Below are positions 25,565 to 34,040 of a stretch of DNA of 64,000 bases, piece by piece. Numbering within the stretch: position 1 is the first letter of the stretch; each line of letters opens with the position of its first letter. The notes beneath the pieces are model-generated. The model was given only the letters and a program-made list of their open reading frames with translations. It had not been told where the DNA came from and made no database searches. Position numbers and translations under genes: made by a program. The stretch is from an uncultured Candidatus Saccharibacteria bacterium (GTDB taxonomy: Bacteria > Patescibacteriota > Minisyncoccia > Phycocordibacterales > UBA918): positions 3,949 through 67,948 of the forward strand of contig CAZKFF010000007.1 of NCBI GenBank assembly GCA_964552045.1, read 5' to 3'.

Positions 25565-25977
25565 TATTCGGTGACGATGATAGTGCCCTGCAGGGTTGAG
25601 TTCAGATGGTCATGGTAATCCCACTGCCCAACGCGAGTGAACTGGAACGACCAGGTCTGGTCCTGCGGGACCGGCTGGAGCGGATCAAACGCACGGTACT
25701 GCGAATGGGTCGGATGCTGGTCGGAGGCAGGCCAGAATGGGTATGCACGCACAGAACTCCATTCCACCACATCCCCTTTCTTGATGGTCAGCTCTTTGGG
25801 CTCAAAACCAGAGTCGTACAAGACCACGGAATGATGGGCTCCTTCGGGCATGGTCTCTTCCGCAGTTGCCCCTTGTTGCGACATAAGCAGCAAAGCCGCA
25901 GCAGCCGCACATACGGCACAGGCGAGCACTGCGGCAATGATACTGATTCTTCTGTTCATGTTTAATCCGATATGCAT
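25564..25977 (-). CDS. Membrane-anchored Cys-less cupredoxin-like domain protein, family C (paralog 2)
   Basis: TM anchor plus YPFWPASDQHPTHSQYRAFDPLQPVPQDQTWSFQFTRVGQWDYHDHLNSTLQGTIIV. The stop abuts or overlaps the start of the family A gene upstream (shared coordinate 25564). Confidence 0.7.
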   Translation of the reverse strand: MHIGLNMNRRISIIAAVLACAVCAAAAALLLMSQQGATAEETMPEGAHHSVVLYDSGFEPKELTIKKGDVVEWSSVRAYPFWPASDQHPTHSQYRAFDPLQPVPQDQTWSFQFTRVGQWDYHDHLNSTLQGTIIVTE

Positions 25978-25986
25978 GGTTCGCCT

Positions 25987-27075
25987 TTACACATCGCTGA
26001 AGATGCTTTCGCACAGCTGCGTATCTTCCTGTTCTGTGAACTCACCGCAGAACGATTGCCAGTCGCGTCCGGTGCCACTTATGAGATACTGTTTCATTTC
26101 AGTACCTGCGCCGATGATATACGCCCGGCGGAGTTCGTCGCTTAAGCCCAATATGTGCTGCGGCACGATGATCGTGTGCTTGGCTGCAAGCTCATGCTGC
26201 GTACCGACCGCAGACACGCTACGGATGCACGCTTCTTCGAGCTCAGCATCATACTCTTCGTTCGAACACGCAATCAGCTTCTTTTCGATGTCTTCAGGCG
26301 TCGACGCTTCGCTTACTCCCAGACCGCTGAACTCAAACACGCACTGAATGCGGTAACGATCGCCGAACTTCGAACAATATTCAAGCGGGGTCTTCTCATC
26401 CATAGTAAGCGGCGGGCCGCCCGTGTAGACGATCCCCGTACCGCCGTCGGTGCCACCCACGAGGTTGGTCAGCTCAGCAAAGACAGCGTTGTAGCACGGA
26501 GTTACGTCCTCAACAGTGTGCGTTTCATTGATCAGGTCATCGCACATCTTAAGCGAGGCGTCGACGTCGAGCGACTCGTTCATAAAAGCATGTCCAGCTC
26601 CGTGGTAACAGGCAGCGTCAGGATTCTTCCGCTTGATGGCATCGCACATGCGGTACAGATTGTTCTTATAGTCACCGCCGCTTAATGCGACCTGTGCTTC
26701 CGCCCCGTGGCGGTACCCAAGTTCGCAGAAATGCGTATCATGTGAGACGACCTTATCGTAATCCTCGCCATAATACACCACTGCCTCATGACCCGTCATG
26801 TGGGAGAGCACATGACAGTTGTAGATACCGTACTTGTTGTGCGTAAAGGCATATTCATTGATATCAATGGCCCCCTGCACCCCCCACTTGTTGATGATGT
26901 CAGGCAACGTATCGCGTATGGTCACAAAGACCTCTTCACCCTCGCCCATCCCTGCCACAACTGCTGCGACGTCAAGTTTTTCAACGTCAGGCTTCAGCTG
27001 CAGATACGTGCCTGCTGTAAGCAAGAGAACGATGATGATGCCATACATCGCATAGACCGGCTTCATATTCTTCAT
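25987..27075 (-). CDS. Exported Cys/His-rich repeat-domain protein, family B (paralog 3)
   Basis: TM anchor. CHVLSHMTGH / CELGYRHGAEA / CYHGAGHAFMNE. ATG at 27075 forms an ATGA start/stop overlap with the upstream paralog. Confidence 0.7.
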   Translation of the reverse strand: MKNMKPVYAMYGIIIVLLLTAGTYLQLKPDVEKLDVAAVVAGMGEGEEVFVTIRDTLPDIINKWGVQGAIDINEYAFTHNKYGIYNCHVLSHMTGHEAVVYYGEDYDKVVSHDTHFCELGYRHGAEAQVALSGGDYKNNLYRMCDAIKRKNPDAACYHGAGHAFMNESLDVDASLKMCDDLINETHTVEDVTPCYNAVFAELTNLVGGTDGGTGIVYTGGPPLTMDEKTPLEYCSKFGDRYRIQCVFEFSGLGVSEASTPEDIEKKLIACSNEEYDAELEEACIRSVSAVGTQHELAAKHTIIVPQHILGLSDELRRAYIIGAGTEMKQYLISGTGRDWQSFCGEFTEQEDTQLCESIFSDV

Positions 27076-28073
27076 TGCAATTTTTGAAAACATTGTGCTT
27101 TATATGGTTCTTGTAATACGTCGCACAGTTGTGCCGCCAAAACATCTCCCCCCTCTTCAGCCCGCACCAGCCATGTCGCTCCTTCGTGGCAGAGCCCCTG
27201 TGAAGCGCCATTTGGCATCAGGGCGCACCATGCAATGATCTGGTCAACATCGAATTTCGCATCAGCGGCGATGTAATTGCCGGTGCCATTGTAACACGCT
27301 TGATATTCAGCACTGTTGCTCGGCAGCTTCGCGCACAGCGCTCCTATGCGTGCATAATCCTTCCCGACCACTGATTGCCACCATTGGACCTGTTCAAAAT
27401 AACAAGACGCCTGGAAACGCTGCGGAAGGACATTGCACGGCGCATAGAGATCGTCTCCGGCCTCGCGGACAAAATCAGTGCTGTCGTCCATGGTGTGAAA
27501 GTTGTACTCCATGAAGACGCCACTTGAGCAGCCGCCGGTTGGAAGTGTTGAGATGGTCTCGCACAGTTCAAGCGCCTGCAGGAGATTATCGTAATCGGTA
27601 TAGACCAAAAGACCGTGTCCGATGCCGTGCTGGCATGGTAAATCCTTGTCACCGAACTTGTCCTTGCATGCTTCGCTGAAGCGCGGCAACGTGCCGATCC
27701 CTTCGGCGTTCACCGCGACGCCGAAGAAACTGTGGTAACAGCCGAATTCAAATGAACTGTCGCAGTAGCGCAGTCCGCTTATGCCCTCCGCCTCATAGAG
27801 AGCCTCACCGAATGCATGGGCTTGGGAGTGCGTCGCAAGCGAGCTGCGCGGCGCTTCTTCGAGAAAATCCGCATATGCCTTTTCCGGACCGATCGCTTCT
27901 ATGGTTGCCTTCCAGTGTTCCTTCAGTTCACGAAGCTCGCTTGCTACCGCAGGAAACGTGTCGCCGAGGTTATCTTCTTTTTGTTTTTCGCCCAAAAAAT
28001 ACCAGAGAATGCCGCCGCACAAAAGCGCAGCGATGAGAACTCCTGGAATGATGAATCGGGCAGTACGCAGCAT
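27072..28073 (-). CDS. Exported Cys/His-rich repeat-domain protein, family B (paralog 4, more divergent)
   Basis: TM anchor. AHAFGEALYEAEG / CYHSFFGVAVNAEG / CQHGIGHGLLVY. Confidence 0.65.
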   Translation of the reverse strand: MLRTARFIIPGVLIAALLCGGILWYFLGEKQKEDNLGDTFPAVASELRELKEHWKATIEAIGPEKAYADFLEEAPRSSLATHSQAHAFGEALYEAEGISGLRYCDSSFEFGCYHSFFGVAVNAEGIGTLPRFSEACKDKFGDKDLPCQHGIGHGLLVYTDYDNLLQALELCETISTLPTGGCSSGVFMEYNFHTMDDSTDFVREAGDDLYAPCNVLPQRFQASCYFEQVQWWQSVVGKDYARIGALCAKLPSNSAEYQACYNGTGNYIAADAKFDVDQIIAWCALMPNGASQGLCHEGATWLVRAEEGGDVLAAQLCDVLQEPYKAQCFQKLQ

Positions 28074-28076
28074 GGT

Positions 28077-29333
28077 TTATTGCAAGAGTACGTCGGTGCA
28101 CTCCTGTTTGTATGCTTCCGGCACCGCATTGCAGATTGACTGCCGCGCGCTGAAATCAGGCCGGTAATACGTTGTAATCTCAAAGAGATGGTCAAAGCAC
28201 TCTTGTGCAACACTGTCATCAAGAAGCGAGCAGTACCGGATGGAAACCTCGGGGTCGTTCTCTCCTCCCCAATACAACGAGTCGAGTATCTCAATGAGGC
28301 ACGCAACCTGCGCTTCTTCCTTATGCGCGAGCATACACCAGCTTGCAGCAAGTTCGAGCTTGTCATTCGGCGTATCTTCTATGCGGCGGATATCACGATC
28401 CTGCGCAAGCACAATGAACTCCTTGCCGAGACCTGCGTAGCATGCCTCACGCTGCACATCGTTCTGCACCTCGTCACAGAATGCAAAGCTCTTCGGATAA
28501 ATGTCAGGGGTAGGATTACCATTGACCGCTCCTGCTGCATCAAAGATGTACGGTGTGATATATGAATAGCAGAGCACTTTCGCCTCCTCTGGCATATAGT
28601 CCTCCTTGCACAGTCGAAGCGGATCGTCCGGCGTCAGGTATTTGTCGCGCTTCTGCGCCCAGATCTCCGGATCATGCACTCCCTGATGCATTTCCATGAC
28701 AATGCCGCCCATGCACTGGTATGCCTCCTCGTTGTGATACTGTGCGGTTCCGACCTTTTTACACAGCTCAATGGCATCGGGTATTTCGTACTCAGTATAG
28801 GCGAGCACGCCGTGGCCGAAACCGTGGAAGCACATGGTATACGCCCCCGGGCCGCCTGGAGCCTTCTTGCACACCTCATTCACCTTGTCGAAGACGGCGA
28901 GACCGTCAGCTAAAAGCGCGCCGACGACAATGGAGTGGGAGCATGCATTGCGGAAATCATGCGTGCAGTACTGCATGCCCTCGAGATTTTCCTGCTTATA
29001 AAGCTCGTCGCCAACCGCATGTCCGAGAAGATGGAGGTCCATATTAGGCGGAAGAATGGCGCGTTTGAGTACCTCAAAAGAGTATACTCCGCCTTTTTCC
29101 TGCGCGAGATCGACAAAAAATGCCCGAATGGAAGCAAAATCGTCGTCTACGGTTTCGAGTTTCTGCAGATCCTCTGCGAAAGCGGCTTCACTGAACTGCA
29201 CTGCCTGCTTCGGACCAGCATCAAGATTACTATTGATCGTGCCGGCATACAGTAGATACCCGAGTACGGATACAGCACATATCCCAAGGATGCCCAATGC
29301 GATGGCTTTATATGGAAGGTTTATTTGTCTCAT
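28077..29333 (-). CDS. Exported Cys/His-rich repeat-domain protein, family B (paralog 5), first gene of the array
   Basis: TM anchor. LHLLGHAVGDELY / CSHSIVVGALL / CFHGFGHGVLAY. Confidence 0.65.
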   Translation of the reverse strand: MRQINLPYKAIALGILGICAVSVLGYLLYAGTINSNLDAGPKQAVQFSEAAFAEDLQKLETVDDDFASIRAFFVDLAQEKGGVYSFEVLKRAILPPNMDLHLLGHAVGDELYKQENLEGMQYCTHDFRNACSHSIVVGALLADGLAVFDKVNEVCKKAPGGPGAYTMCFHGFGHGVLAYTEYEIPDAIELCKKVGTAQYHNEEAYQCMGGIVMEMHQGVHDPEIWAQKRDKYLTPDDPLRLCKEDYMPEEAKVLCYSYITPYIFDAAGAVNGNPTPDIYPKSFAFCDEVQNDVQREACYAGLGKEFIVLAQDRDIRRIEDTPNDKLELAASWCMLAHKEEAQVACLIEILDSLYWGGENDPEVSIRYCSLLDDSVAQECFDHLFEITTYYRPDFSARQSICNAVPEAYKQECTDVLLQ

Positions 29334-29356
29334 TGTGCACAGTGTAGCACAAAGCT

Positions 29357-29393
29357 ACCTATACGAATAAAGCACAGCGTGCGTGCTGTGCTT
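29357..29393 (-). terminator. Stem-loop downstream of rpsT (10-bp stem aaagcacagc/gctgtgcttt)
   Basis: Perfect inverted repeat with 6-nt loop between the rpsT 3' end and the first array gene. The downstream U-tract is weak. Confidence 0.4.
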
Positions 29394-29414
29394 TATTACG
29401 TGCAGCTCTTCAGT

Positions 29415-29678
29415 TTATTTCACGCGCTTGATCGCGGCAACCAGCCGTGACTTTTTGCGGGCAGCGGTATTGTCTTTGATCACTCCCCTTTTTGCCGCCT
29501 TGTCGATAGCTTTGTAGGCCTGCGGAAGCATGTTTTGCGCTTCATCCTTCTTCCCTGACTCAGCGAGCTTGCGCAGTTTTTTGACCGTATCGTTCATTGC
29601 GGTCTTGCGGCGCACATTGAAAACGTGCTTTTTCTGCGATGAACGAAGTGCTTTGTGTGCTCCTTTGGTAATTGGCAT
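29415..29678 (-). CDS. rpsT: 30S ribosomal protein S20
   Basis: 87-aa basic protein. ...KSAKKRAR-type pattern: MPITKGAHKALRSSQKKHVFNVRRK...AARKKSRLVAAIKRVK. Confidence 0.85.
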   Translation of the reverse strand: MPITKGAHKALRSSQKKHVFNVRRKTAMNDTVKKLRKLAESGKKDEAQNMLPQAYKAIDKAAKRGVIKDNTAARKKSRLVAAIKRVK

Positions 29679-29743
29679 ATGTTACGTTTATGTGGCGCAA
29701 ACTATACCCTACTCACTCCAAAAAAGCAATACAATACGAGTTT

Positions 29744-30220
29744 TTATGTTTCCTGGATGCGCGGAAGCACCTTCACCGACGCGGAATCCTCGTTTCCTGC
29801 GCCGTCGCAGGTAATGGTGTACGTGGTCTCTCCCGACGGGATCGACGAGCGTGAATCAGCAACATTGCCGTCGGGAGTCGCAGGCGGAAGAGCCATAACG
29901 TTGTCAGAAAGGACACAATTGGTGTTTGACCGCGGATCCCACGACACGATGACCGGATCGCCGAGCCGTATGATGGACTTGTTGACATTGATCTCAGGCA
30001 CGAGCGCGCAGTCATGTATCGGTCCATGCGACGTGTCGCTGCAACCGCTTGCGGGCATGGCAAATCCTCCCGCTTCGCCCCGTGGAGAGACTTCGCTCAG
30101 ACCGAACTCCACCGAAGGCTGCTGCAGCGTAGCAACAAGCGGGGTGGCATCAGAACCCAGGCCCACGATGCTCCCAACAAAGAGGACGGCGGAAGCGACT
30201 ATATTAATTAAAGTTTCCAT
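29744..30220 (-). CDS. Hypothetical secreted protein
   Basis: Signal peptide METLINIVASAVLFVGSIVGLGSDA, 4 Cys, Ser/Thr/Pro-rich. Preferred over the overlapping plus-strand ORF. Confidence 0.45.
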   Translation of the reverse strand: METLINIVASAVLFVGSIVGLGSDATPLVATLQQPSVEFGLSEVSPRGEAGGFAMPASGCSDTSHGPIHDCALVPEINVNKSIIRLGDPVIVSWDPRSNTNCVLSDNVMALPPATPDGNVADSRSSIPSGETTYTITCDGAGNEDSASVKVLPRIQET

Positions 30221-30271
30221 ACCCTTCTATTATTCCATACCCTGCAAATAGCCGGGTATGCCACGTGTGAA

Positions 30272-31081
30272 CTACTGTGAAGCAATGTCGATATTCTTCT
30301 GTATGATCGCCCGAAACTCAGCGAGACCCTGCGACCATGCCTGCGGATCATTTCCCGGATACGAGCGTCCCCAGTCCTGTACGCTCAGGAGCGCTGCTGC
30401 TTCTTTTGCCCGTTGCAGGTACGGCAGCGCCGCATCTGCATCGCGCGTATTCATGACCGCCAGGCCGTACATATTGAGGAGCCACGCATTGTCCGGCTCG
30501 TATTCGAGGCCCTCTTCAAGCACGGGGAGCATGGATTCGTATTTTCCCTGCGCAAAATATATCCATGCGAGATCGACACGCGACCACGGCGCCTGCGGCG
30601 CAAATGTTATGAAATGTGTGAATGCCTCCTCGGCGCGGACCCAGTCGTCTTGGTTTCCTCCCACGCGCGCCTGATATCCGTAGGTCAGTCCGATCATGTA
30701 ATAGACATTGGGGACGCTGTCACCGAACAGACGTATCTGCGTATTGAAATTCTCGAGGGCGGCATCGAACTTGCCTTCGATGAAATCGATGCGGCCGAGC
30801 TGATAGTACACGTATTTGTTCTCACTGGGGCGCGCAGCGATCTCAAGCTCGAAATAATGCCGCGCCTTTTGAATATCGTACGGGCCTTCGGGATCCTCGT
30901 CATGGTTGAAGTAGTATTGGCCGATCTCAAAATAGGTCCTGTTCTGGAGTTCCAGAGCCTGCGCCTGCTGCGCTTGCATCACAGACGAAAACAAAAGCCA
31001 CACGCCAAAAGTGAAGAAGAGGCAGGCGCCGCCAATTGCCAGCAGCAGCTCCCCGGAAACAGACTGTAAATGCAACTTCAT
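30272..31081 (-). CDS. TPR-repeat protein, membrane-anchored
   Basis: N-terminal TM, then several 34-aa TPR-like units (YYQLGRIDFIEGKFDAALENF..., YYMIGLTYGYQ..., WIYFAQGKYESMLPVLEEGL...). Confidence 0.7.
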   Translation of the reverse strand: MKLHLQSVSGELLLAIGGACLFFTFGVWLLFSSVMQAQQAQALELQNRTYFEIGQYYFNHDEDPEGPYDIQKARHYFELEIAARPSENKYVYYQLGRIDFIEGKFDAALENFNTQIRLFGDSVPNVYYMIGLTYGYQARVGGNQDDWVRAEEAFTHFITFAPQAPWSRVDLAWIYFAQGKYESMLPVLEEGLEYEPDNAWLLNMYGLAVMNTRDADAALPYLQRAKEAAALLSVQDWGRSYPGNDPQAWSQGLAEFRAIIQKNIDIASQ

Positions 31082-31158
31082 GCGAGTTAAGTATAGCAAA
31101 CAGATACCGCGCCTCGTGCGCTATCACATCCGCTACATATATATAGTATAGTAGTGCC

Positions 31159-31752
31159 ATGATCCGCAGAATCCACGGCATCGCTGTTGATGTGCATCCG
31201 ACCTATGTGGTTATTGATGTGCAGGGAGTGGGGTATCTGGTCTACACGACAGCACGGAGCGCGTTCGGAGAAGGAAGCGAGGTGACGCTCTTTACGCACC
31301 TGGCTGTGCGTGAGAATGCACTTGACCTGTATGGCTTTACCTCTATGCACGAGCTCGCCTTTTTTGAACAGCTTTTGACGCTGCCAAAGATCGGGCCGAA
31401 GTCAGCAATCCAGATACTCTCGCAGGCTGATGTCTCTCTCATACAAAATGCAATCATATCTCAAGACCCAGCTCACTTGTCCAAGATGTCTGGCATCAGC
31501 AGGAAAACTGCAGAAAAGATCGTACTCGGGCTGAAGGACTTATTTGACGCTCAGCATTATACCTATGATGGAAGTTCGCCTGATTCCTCACCTGAATACA
31601 ATGCTTTGCTCAGTGATACTATCGATGCTTTGGTGACTTTAGGATATCCTCAGGCTGATGCGCGCAAGACAGTCCAGCAATTGCTTTCAGATAAACCCCA
31701 GATAGACTCCGTAAACGACGCAATAAAAGAAGCTTTGAAAGTACTTGCATAA
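31159..31752 (+). CDS. ruvA: Holliday junction DNA helicase RuvA
   Basis: MIRRIHGIAVDVHPTYVVIDVQGVGYLVYT... OB domain plus HhH region LTLPKIGPKSAIQIL and C-terminal domain III. Confidence 0.9.
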   Translation: MIRRIHGIAVDVHPTYVVIDVQGVGYLVYTTARSAFGEGSEVTLFTHLAVRENALDLYGFTSMHELAFFEQLLTLPKIGPKSAIQILSQADVSLIQNAIISQDPAHLSKMSGISRKTAEKIVLGLKDLFDAQHYTYDGSSPDSSPEYNALLSDTIDALVTLGYPQADARKTVQQLLSDKPQIDSVNDAIKEALKVLA

Positions 31753-31757
31753 CATGC

Positions 31758-33266
31758 CTATTTCCTCTTAAGAAGGCACTTGTTGAGTCTTATATAATTG
31801 TTTTCTATGTACTGACGACTTCGTGGTGAGAGGAGGTCCCTATGTTCTCCTGGATCAGCAATGATAAATCTGACTTTTTTATCCTCAAGTGCGCGAATGA
31901 GATCGTCACCATACACATCATACCCGGCAATTGCTCTTGCGGTTTCCCCGTGCAGCAGATTATAAGACCAATAATATTGCACGTCTTCGTTAAAAACGTA
32001 CCCGCCACATACATTCCAAAAGAAAAAAACTGGTTCTGAACGTTGCGTATGCTTAAGCATAAAACGTGATAAATCCTTCTGCTCCTGCAAGAGTACCGGC
32101 TCCCGATCTATACTGTTCAATCTTTCAACAAGATAATCCTCCATTGGTACAAAGAAAAGTAAGAGTAGGATTGGAGAAAATACTAATAGTTCACCGGTGT
32201 TTATTTTCAGGAGCCGAAATACCCTAGTAGCGCCATAGGCACAGAGTATCGCTAAAAGCGGGAGAAAGACCAAAAATGATTGTGAATACATACCGAGGAG
32301 TATTGTAGAGGTGGAACCAGCAGTAACCCACAAGAATAAAACGTGTTCAGCACAACGTTTAGTTGCCACTTCCCACAGAAGAAGCAAGAAACTCAGGCAG
32401 GTTAGAATGAGCAACGGCAGCTGATGTGTGTATATCTCCTTCCAATAGAAAGGGAGCATTCCAAGCTCTTTATCCATACCCAGCAGTACCCAGTTGTAGT
32501 AGTAATTACTGCGCAGATACGCTTCGCCGCCGCCAAGCGCATAGAAACAAAGAACGATGAATCCAAGCACGCTCACAATGCCTAAACAGATTGCAACCAA
32601 CTTAAAGAGGTTAGCTCGAAATTGAGCCTTTTGGAGGATAAGATTGAGGAAGAGAAAAAGAAACACAAAAGCAATCCCCAATATTGCTTTTGTGTTTGCA
32701 GCAATAGCCAGACCGAAGAGTATGCCCGATACATAAAATGCACGCGGCGTATCTTTACGGAGATGAGCGATAATGACATACAAGCCTAAAAGCCAGAAAA
32801 TATTTTGAAGCTGATCAGGTCTGATCTCAATCCCGTTGAGATGGAAATAATAAATGCTTGAAAGTATCGCAACAGAAAGAAAGGAGAGAAGATGAGATCT
32901 GAATAGCAGTTGCGCCAACTGGAAAGTAATATAGGCGAGAATCACCATATAAAAAAAACTAACGCAACGCAGGAACGTGAATGTAGAGAAATCAGCATCG
33001 AGATCAAAGACGGAAAACAGTACGTAGTTAACTACAGGATAAACGACACCATGATGTTCCCAAAAATCTGCATAGATGAGCTTGGCATTGTGGAACATAT
33101 TCCAGACGATATGTGTATGTTGGAATTCATCTGGATAGAATGGCTTGTTAAAAATAAACAAGAGTGAAAGACTGAAATTATAAGCAGTTACTAACGATAA
33201 AAAACCCCACAAGAAATAGCGGAGCAGTGGATTTTTACTTTTCTTTTTGGGAGAGTCTTCGGACAT
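31758..33266 (-). CDS. GT-C fold membrane glycosyltransferase (ArnT/PMT-like, family 39/83)
   Basis: About 12 TM helices, N-terminal loop with acidic motif (YPDEFQHTH), 502 aa. AT-rich relative to surroundings. Confidence 0.65.
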   Translation of the reverse strand: MSEDSPKKKSKNPLLRYFLWGFLSLVTAYNFSLSLLFIFNKPFYPDEFQHTHIVWNMFHNAKLIYADFWEHHGVVYPVVNYVLFSVFDLDADFSTFTFLRCVSFFYMVILAYITFQLAQLLFRSHLLSFLSVAILSSIYYFHLNGIEIRPDQLQNIFWLLGLYVIIAHLRKDTPRAFYVSGILFGLAIAANTKAILGIAFVFLFLFLNLILQKAQFRANLFKLVAICLGIVSVLGFIVLCFYALGGGEAYLRSNYYYNWVLLGMDKELGMLPFYWKEIYTHQLPLLILTCLSFLLLLWEVATKRCAEHVLFLWVTAGSTSTILLGMYSQSFLVFLPLLAILCAYGATRVFRLLKINTGELLVFSPILLLLFFVPMEDYLVERLNSIDREPVLLQEQKDLSRFMLKHTQRSEPVFFFWNVCGGYVFNEDVQYYWSYNLLHGETARAIAGYDVYGDDLIRALEDKKVRFIIADPGEHRDLLSPRSRQYIENNYIRLNKCLLKRK

Positions 33267-33343
33267 TCCTAGAATTTTAATAGACTATGTTATGCATTCT
33301 TAACGCATCCATATTATAATATAGTCACAATTATTTCTGCACC

Positions 33344-34036
33344 ATGCATGTCTCCGTCATTATTCCCTGCCTCAATGAAGAGAGGACGATCGAAGCATGT
33401 ATATGTAAAGCCCATACAGGCCTACAGGTTTTTGAAGACACGAGCGAAATTATCGTTGCAGACAATGGCAGTATCGATAATTCTGTATTTATCGCTCGCT
33501 CGCTCGGTGCCCGTGTCGTGCATGTGAAAGAACGAGGATACGGAAGTGCAATCATGGGAGGCATTACAGCAGCAAGCGGCACCTATATAGTTATAGGTGA
33601 CGCGGACGAAAGCTACGATTTCTCTGTCATACCTCTCTTTATTGAAAAACTGCAGAAAGATTCCTGCGACTTGGTAATCGGCAATAGATTTATTGGGACC
33701 ATACTGCCCGGAGCGATGCCATTTCTGAATCGTTATCTTGGAAATCCCGTCTTGAGTTTCATTGGTAGACTCCTGTATGGAAATGTCTGTGGTGATTTCC
33801 ACTGCGGCCTCCGAGCAGGACGGAGAAATTCGCTCCTCTCCCTTAACCTCTCATGTACAGGCATGGAGTTTGCAACTGAAATGATAATCAAGGCGGCGCG
33901 GCACAAACTCAAGATAGGCGAAGTTCCGATAACATTGTACCCCGATGGTCGCAATCGCCCACCTCATCTGCGACCATGGAGAGACGGGTTGCGACATCTC
34001 ATATTCATGTTGAGGTACAGACTGCAGAAAAAATAA
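33344..34036 (+). CDS. Family 2 glycosyltransferase (polyprenyl-phosphate sugar synthase-like, ArnC/DPM1-type)
   Basis: VSVIIPCLNEE, ADNGSIDNS, GDADESYD (DxD) motifs and a C-terminal TM region. Confidence 0.8.
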   Translation: MHVSVIIPCLNEERTIEACICKAHTGLQVFEDTSEIIVADNGSIDNSVFIARSLGARVVHVKERGYGSAIMGGITAASGTYIVIGDADESYDFSVIPLFIEKLQKDSCDLVIGNRFIGTILPGAMPFLNRYLGNPVLSFIGRLLYGNVCGDFHCGLRAGRRNSLLSLNLSCTGMEFATEMIIKAARHKLKIGEVPITLYPDGRNRPPHLRPWRDGLRHLIFMLRYRLQKK

Positions 34037-34040
34037 TTCG

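Noticed and set aside
21892-25977. Classical type-1 blue copper assignment for the HPxH...YHDH domains
   Set aside because: The Cys and Met ligands of blue copper sites are absent in all five copies. Only the overall cupredoxin-like sequence layout is retained, so they are called cupredoxin-like, not plastocyanin/azurin.
29655-30251. 198-aa plus-strand ORF overlapping the secreted hypothetical 29744..30220 (-)
   Set aside because: No recognisable features. The minus-strand product has a classical signal peptide and a start context after rpsT. Low confidence either way.
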